A DNA stretch of 64,000 bases. Origin: Terriglobia bacterium. GTDB lineage: Bacteria > Acidobacteriota > Terriglobia > 2-12-FULL-54-10. The DNA lies in the NCBI GenBank assembly GCA_963666975.2, contig CAXVYR010000004.1, forward strand, positions 224,001 through 288,000. Direction: 5' to 3'. Below, one piece after another: positions 58,575 to 64,000 of this stretch. Position numbers and translations under genes: made by a program. The notes below the pieces were generated by a model. That model was not told the DNA's origin. It made no database searches and saw only the letters and a list, made by a program, of their open reading frames with translations. Positions within the stretch are counted from its first letter, which is position 1. Every line of letters starts with the position of its first letter.

Positions 58575-59080
58575 GATGGCCATCTGCGGGGTGTGTCAGG
58601 AAACCGATCCTTGCTTCCACCTTGTATTCAATGCATTTATCCAATAGCACTGCTGTCCGGTTAAAAGTCGAACAGAATCAAGTGGTTGTGATCTGCGACT
58701 AAATTGTCCTGGCAGTTTGATGCTTCCAACACCTGTAAAATGGGCACTTTTTCAAAAAGCGTCACACTGAGAATCTGTATTGAAACGAAGGACTGACCGT
58801 AGAACTACGAAATTCTCTCCACCCATTACCACTGTCCGAGTACTGTCCGAAAACTCCTGCCGAAAGGATCCAACTCAGGCCAAAAGCGTTAGCGGAGAGC
58901 CACCTGACTCGCCGGCTGTTTGCTAGCATGCTGGGGCGGATAGATGGACTACCGCTTCCGTCGGGATAGCCGAGGCTGCGGCACCCAAGAAAACGATTCC
59001 GCTATCCTCCCAGGGATGGAGCGTTGTCTGAAAAAGCTGGTTTGGGTGCCGTGCCTACGGATTATTAGGACTCGGAAAAA

Positions 59081-59231
59081 GGTGGCTGGGAGCCGGTATG
59101 TGGCGGAGGACGCGTTGGAGTCCATCCAAACGGACTATGAGCCCCTTCCGGCGGTCGTGGATGCGCGGAGCGCGGTGAAGACAGATGCCGTGCGGATTCA
59201 CGAGGAGACCCAAGGCAATCTGGCCGGCAGC
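59081..59231 (+). pseudogene. ~150-bp orphan fragment of the L2/L3 Mo-hydroxylase gene
   Basis: Encodes VAGSRYVAEDALESIQTDYEPLPAVVDARSAVKTDAVRIHEETQGNLAGS, near-identical to L2/L3, opposite orientation. Confidence 0.88.
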
Positions 59232-59514
59232 AGATACGCTTGCTCTGGGTTGTAGATCAAGAATTTCATCGCTCCTCCTTGAGGCGCATTATACAAGGTT
59301 CGCCAATAAAGGTTTCCACACAGACTCTATAGCCCTTTCCCGCCAATGAAACCAGTTTCACAACCCCAGGCTGTGATGTAGACTCTCTCACTGAGACTGG
59401 CACAAAATATCGGTCTGGTCCCCCATCCTTTGATCCGGGCACTGTCCGGCAATTCTGTTGAAAGAAGAGGTGAGGGTGCTCCGGGTCATAGTTTCTCCTC
59501 GGTTGAATCGCGCT

Positions 59515-60549
59515 CTAGGCGAAGTCCTCAAGATCAGCTATGGCTGCGACCGGGACGGAGGGCAGGATTCCCTGTTGGGCGGCAACCTTGAGGAACTGAA
59601 GCTGGGTTTCCTTCATGGCCGTGTCCCACCGCGCGATGAACAGTGGCAATGAAATGTTGCGCTCGATGAGGCGGTCGATGGCCCTGTTTTCCCGGATGCC
59701 CGTTAGCTGCTTAAACCGATCTTCTCGAAAGAACTCGTACCCGTTGCGGGAAGCCCATTCGACCGTGTCGATCCAGGCATCGCGGAGCCGCCTGAGGATG
59801 TCCAGGTTCTTCCGAAGGTAGTCGACCCGGACGGTGATTCCAGACAGGATCTTGGGCGTTCCCCAGATTTTCTCGAACTCCTGTGCAAACGGACCAAAGA
59901 TGCTCTTAGCGTTCGCATCGAGTTCGGCCCGCAGGGCCAGGGGGTCAAACAAATTGGCGGCGTCAACATTCCCATGCCTCAGCAAGGGGATGAGCCCCGG
60001 CGGAGAGGCCTCCACCAGATCGAAGATCTGATCGAGCCGGGGACGATTCACTCCGAACTTTACGGCCAGCAGGACCGCGAGCTCGTTGAAGCCGGAAGAG
60101 TCACGGCCGTAGATGCCAAACTTCGGTTTGCGCCCCTCCCGTTGCTGGAAGTTCAGCAGGTCCTCTATGCGATCCATTCCGGAATCCGCACGGACAATCA
60201 CCATGTCCTGAGTAGCCTGAACACTGTTGACGATAGTAGTAGGGAATCTTGAGAACGCAATGGCTACCTGGCTCGGACCGAAGTCGAAGGAGACGTCCGA
60301 GAGGCCCTGCAAGAAGTTTTGGGCCCGTACGTCGGCTCCGAAGGGCTTCACTTCCACATGGAGCCCCCGCCTTTCCGCCGCTCCGGAGCGGACCAATAGG
60401 TTGGCTGCTACGGCAGTCATCCCGCTCGACAGGCCGCTGACCCGCACGGTGGGCAGGTTCTGCCCGAGCAATGCCTCCGGTCTCGCCCCGCTGAAAACCG
60501 CTGCACCTAAGCCCAGCCCGCTGTATGTGAAAAACTGTCGGCGATTCAT
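59515..60549 (-). CDS. Tat-exported ABC substrate-binding protein (SBP4, orphan paralogue)
   Basis: MNRRQFFTY signal (probable start about 60549); paralogue of SBP1/3. Confidence 0.85.
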   Translation of the reverse strand: MNRRQFFTYSGLGLGAAVFSGARPEALLGQNLPTVRVSGLSSGMTAVAANLLVRSGAAERRGLHVEVKPFGADVRAQNFLQGLSDVSFDFGPSQVAIAFSRFPTTIVNSVQATQDMVIVRADSGMDRIEDLLNFQQREGRKPKFGIYGRDSSGFNELAVLLAVKFGVNRPRLDQIFDLVEASPPGLIPLLRHGNVDAANLFDPLALRAELDANAKSIFGPFAQEFEKIWGTPKILSGITVRVDYLRKNLDILRRLRDAWIDTVEWASRNGYEFFREDRFKQLTGIRENRAIDRLIERNISLPLFIARWDTAMKETQLQFLKVAAQQGILPSVPVAAIADLEDFA

Positions 60550-60620
60550 ACCCGAAAGGCCTCCACCGTTGTTTGCGCGCGAACGATCCGGCAATCAAAC
60601 CGTTTGAGCCCGCCCTCCGT

Positions 60621-62960
60621 CTATGCTTCCCCTGGAGATCCCTCCATCCGTCGCGATTTCGCAATCAGCTCCTGGAGCTTGTTCGGACTCAGCGGCAAAT
60701 CGGTGATCTGAATACCGAGGGGTTTTAAGGCATCCGAAACCGCGTTGGCCATGGCGCCGCCCACCCCCGCTGTGCCACCCTCTCCTCCACCTTTCACCCC
60801 CAGAGGGTTGAGGGGAGATGGGTCGTTTTCAAACAGGTGAACCTCCACGGGAGGCATCTCCATGCTCGACGGCAGAAGGTAATCCATGAAGGAGGTGCAA
60901 AGCAACTGTCCCGCCTCATCATACACAAGCTCTTCCAGAAAAGCGCCACCCAAACCCTGCGCCACGCCCCCCAAGATTTGACCTTCCAGGAGCATCGGGT
61001 TGATGGCCCTTCCCACATCATAAAGCGACCAGAACTTCTTCACCGTCACCACGCCGGTGCCTGCATCCACCTCGGCCAAAGCCACCTGTACGCCGTGGGG
61101 ATAAGTCATGTGCTTTGCTTCAAAGTAGTGTGTGGCTTCGAGGTCGAGCCCGCTCACGCCCCAGTTCCAGGAGTCGGAAGCGTGCCGCATCAGTTCACCC
61201 AAGGAGAGGGCTTCCCGCTTCCCGCTTTTGGCAGAAAGAGTCGATCCCTCGAACTGGATCTCCTCTTCCGAACAGCCGAAATACTCCGCCGCCAGCCGGA
61301 CTACTTTCTCCCGGAGCTTCCTGGCGGCCAGCAGCACTGCATTTCCGCCCATCACTGTCACACGGCTCGCAAAAGTCCCGGTGCTGTGTGGGGCCAGGGA
61401 GGTGTCGCCGTGAACCACGGTGACGTCGTAAATATCCAGGCCCAGTTCGTCGGCGCAGATTTGCGCCAGCGTGGTCTCCAGCCCTTGTCCCAGCGAGGTT
61501 GCACCCGTGTACACCACCGCCTTGCCGGAACGGTCCATCCGAACTCTGACGGCTTCGAACGGGCCTCTGCCGGTCTTCTCCACAAAACAGGCGAAACCGA
61601 TTCCTATATATTTCCCATCCGCGCGCTGGCTTGCCTGTTCCTTCCGAAGGCGGCCATAGTCGCTGAGCTCAACGGCTTTCTGCATCAGCCTGGGATAGTC
61701 GCCGCTGTCATAGGTGATCGGAGTTTTGAACACGCTCGTGCCCACGCTGTAAGGCATCTCCTGCGGCTGGATAAAATTGCGGAACCTCACAGCGGCAGGG
61801 TCCAGATCCAGACGCAAGCTGATCAAGTCCATCAGTCTTTCTCTCACAAAGTTGCTTTCGTACCGGCCCGGGGCCCGGTAGGTGCCAACGGGTGTCTTGT
61901 TGGTGATGACTGCATTCCATTCGCACCAATAATTGGGGAGCCGGTACGGTCCTGGAAACACGCCAGCGGCCAGGGCTGGAATCGTCGAGCCTCGAATATA
62001 GGCGCCCATGTCGTTCCAGATTCTTGCTTTTACCGCCTGAAGATCGCCCTCTTTCCCCGCTGCCACTTCCACTTCCCACTGCTGTTCGCGGGAGTGATTG
62101 GTGGCCAGAAAATGTTCTCTCCGGTCTTCGATCCACTTCACAGGACGGCCCAAAGAGAGGGCGAGAAACGGGACCAGAAAATCCTCGGGATAAAATTCTC
62201 CCCGCACCCCGAAGCCGCCTCCCACATCCGGTTCGATGAAGTGGACGCTGTGCTCCGGCAGCCCCAACAAGGAGGCCAGCACCGAGCGATTGAAGTAAGG
62301 AACCTTGGTGGGTCCCCAAACCGTCAAGACCTTTGTGCCTCGATTGTACTCCGCAACCAACCCCCGGGTCTCCATCGGCATGCCGGTATGCCTCTGGATC
62401 GTAAATTGCTCCGAGAAGGTCAACCCGGCCTTCCGGAAGGCCCCCTCCACATCGCCCAGATCGACCACGCCGCTGCCGGCCAGATTGCCTTGAGTCTCCT
62501 CGTGAATCCGCACGGCATCTGTCTTCACCGCGCTCCGCGCATCCACGACCGCCGGAAGAGGCTCATAGTCCGTTTGGATAGACTCCAACGCGTCCTCCGC
62601 AATATACCGGCTGTCGGCAACCACAATGGCCACCGGCTCCCCCACGTATCGAACCTTCTCTTTGGCCAGCGGATATTGAAGATATGAAACGAAGGAAGGA
62701 TGGGACTCCAGGCGCATGGGGATGAGCTTTGCCAAATGAGAAATGTCGTGGAACGTGATTACGCTCAGCACCCCGGGAATCCGGAGCGCTTCCCGGGTGT
62801 TCACCGCTCGAATCCGGGCGTGCGCGTGGGGACTCCGCAACAGGGCCGCATGCGCCATCCTGTGGAGTCGGATGTCATCCACGTAGTTGCCTTCCCCGCG
62901 CAGGAAGCGGGGATCTTCTTTTCGCTTGACCCGCTGGCCGATGAATCTCCCTCGGTGCAT
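60621..62960 (-). CDS. Mo-hydroxylase large subunit (L3), near-identical duplicate of L2
   Basis: Long DNA-level identity with 46876..49227; same motifs. Confidence 0.92.
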   Translation of the reverse strand: MHRGRFIGQRVKRKEDPRFLRGEGNYVDDIRLHRMAHAALLRSPHAHARIRAVNTREALRIPGVLSVITFHDISHLAKLIPMRLESHPSFVSYLQYPLAKEKVRYVGEPVAIVVADSRYIAEDALESIQTDYEPLPAVVDARSAVKTDAVRIHEETQGNLAGSGVVDLGDVEGAFRKAGLTFSEQFTIQRHTGMPMETRGLVAEYNRGTKVLTVWGPTKVPYFNRSVLASLLGLPEHSVHFIEPDVGGGFGVRGEFYPEDFLVPFLALSLGRPVKWIEDRREHFLATNHSREQQWEVEVAAGKEGDLQAVKARIWNDMGAYIRGSTIPALAAGVFPGPYRLPNYWCEWNAVITNKTPVGTYRAPGRYESNFVRERLMDLISLRLDLDPAAVRFRNFIQPQEMPYSVGTSVFKTPITYDSGDYPRLMQKAVELSDYGRLRKEQASQRADGKYIGIGFACFVEKTGRGPFEAVRVRMDRSGKAVVYTGATSLGQGLETTLAQICADELGLDIYDVTVVHGDTSLAPHSTGTFASRVTVMGGNAVLLAARKLREKVVRLAAEYFGCSEEEIQFEGSTLSAKSGKREALSLGELMRHASDSWNWGVSGLDLEATHYFEAKHMTYPHGVQVALAEVDAGTGVVTVKKFWSLYDVGRAINPMLLEGQILGGVAQGLGGAFLEELVYDEAGQLLCTSFMDYLLPSSMEMPPVEVHLFENDPSPLNPLGVKGGGEGGTAGVGGAMANAVSDALKPLGIQITDLPLSPNKLQELIAKSRRMEGSPGEA

Positions 62961-62997
62961 TACGATCCCTCTCGGTTTACTTTCTTGCTGCTTTAAG

Positions 62998-63042
62998 TCG
63001 GGATTAACGTTTTGGCCCTCCGGCGGTTGCGAGTATACACCC
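62998..63042 (-). promoter_or_regulatory. Truncated IS1380-end-like relic (subfamily 2) facing L3
   Basis: GGGTGTATACTCGCAACCGCCGGAGGGCCAAAACGTTAATCCCGA-CTTAA; upstream part replaced by the IS6 remnant. Confidence 0.65.
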
Positions 63043-63630
63043 GCTGAAACCGACCAACAAATCCTGGCGCGTGGATGAAACCTATGTTCGGATCAAAGGC
63101 CGGTGGTCTTACCTGTATCGAGCGATCGGCTCGGCCGGTGCGACCATCGACTTTTCCCGGTCAGCGGTTCGCTCCGCCGATGCAGCCAAAGCGTTGTTTG
63201 CCAAGGTGCTGGCGAACCCTTTTCACCTACAGCCAGGGGTAATCCACACGAACAAAGCCAAGTGCTATCCGCCAGCGATTCAGGAGTCGAAGCAAGAAGG
63301 AGTCCGACGACGACGCTGCCGTCATCGACCGGTTCAATATCTGAATAACATTCTGGAGCAAGACCACCGCGCCATCAAGAAACGGATTTGCGCCAAGCAG
63401 CATTTTCTTCCGTTCGGTTGTGCCCGAAGGACGATTCCCCGAAGGACGATTCAAGGATACGAGGTGATGCACAAGATTCGGAAAGGGCAAATGAGGTGGG
63501 TGAAGAAGGACGATGTCCGAGCACAGAACCAGTTCATCGATCGTGTGTTCTGCCTCGCCTCATGAACTCACAACTGTGTCCCGCTATTCCACTCACTCCT
63601 TGTCTTCTCTTCAATCTTTGCAACACATCC
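63041..63630 (+). mobile_element. 5'-truncated IS6-family element (DDE transposase remnant plus right IR)
   Basis: LKPTNKSWRVDETY..YLYRA..NNILEQDHR; second catalytic D appears as N (TNKA); 12-bp internal duplication GAAGGACGATTC; IR TTTGCAACACATCC at 63617..63630. Confidence 0.88.
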
Positions 63631-63718
63631 GGTTTTGAGGTGGTTAAGTCACAAAACACGGCACAAAGCGCGATACGCGGTCAAGCCGTCTATGCTAATC
63701 TACTGATATCACTGCATC

Positions 63719-63808
<90 letters not shown>

Positions 63809-64000
63809 TATTTCTCTCTCCTTATATTCGCCCACTCAATGAAACCGGCACTGCCCGGGACAAACCGTTCAGGTATTCCAGCCGGCAACTCGTTCAGGAA
63901 GCAACCTACGAGCCTCCGCGGCGAAGCTGGAAATATACTCCTCCCCGAATCTGAAAAGGCGTGCCAATCACCTCCACCGGGGTGCGGCGGACAAGAATCT

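Noticed and set aside
4032-62960. Aerobic CO dehydrogenase (coxLMS)
   Set aside because: The active-site loops read AYRGVGF and TYRAPGR, not the form I AYXCSFR, so these are generic Mo-hydroxylases

Overview
GC-rich bacterial window, with no transcription-factor gene recognised, that is almost entirely a catabolic and uptake island. The repeat types and cytochrome c-HhH gene look Acidobacteriota-like (inference). The theme is probably N-heterocyclic or amide-containing substrates. It holds an enamidase with a CoA-acylating aldehyde dehydrogenase and a DUF1185 gene, and three Mo-hydroxylase (CoxL/XdhA-like) large subunits with only one FAD and one 2Fe-2S subunit. There is a UbiD decarboxylase, one NitT/TauT ABC translocon with four paralogous Tat-exported binding proteins, two SSS symporters, seven exported amidohydrolases, an atypical asparaginase and a GMC/Tat/cytochrome c-HhH trio. 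Also present are an LLM-thiolase-DUF35-CoA ligase operon, a hydrolase/SDR operon, a cyclase plus three cupins, an LVIVD lipoprotein, IS1380 and IS6 relics, and tRNA-Ser(GGA). The most unusual signal is non-coding: about nine or ten degenerate copies of what looks like an IS1380-family right end, most carrying an outward sigma70-like promoter, sit upstream of and point into different transcription units. Scattered gene fragments and near-identical paralogues accompany them, suggesting an island assembled and expressed through ISEcp1-like ends. All calls come from motif recognition by eye; no searches were run.
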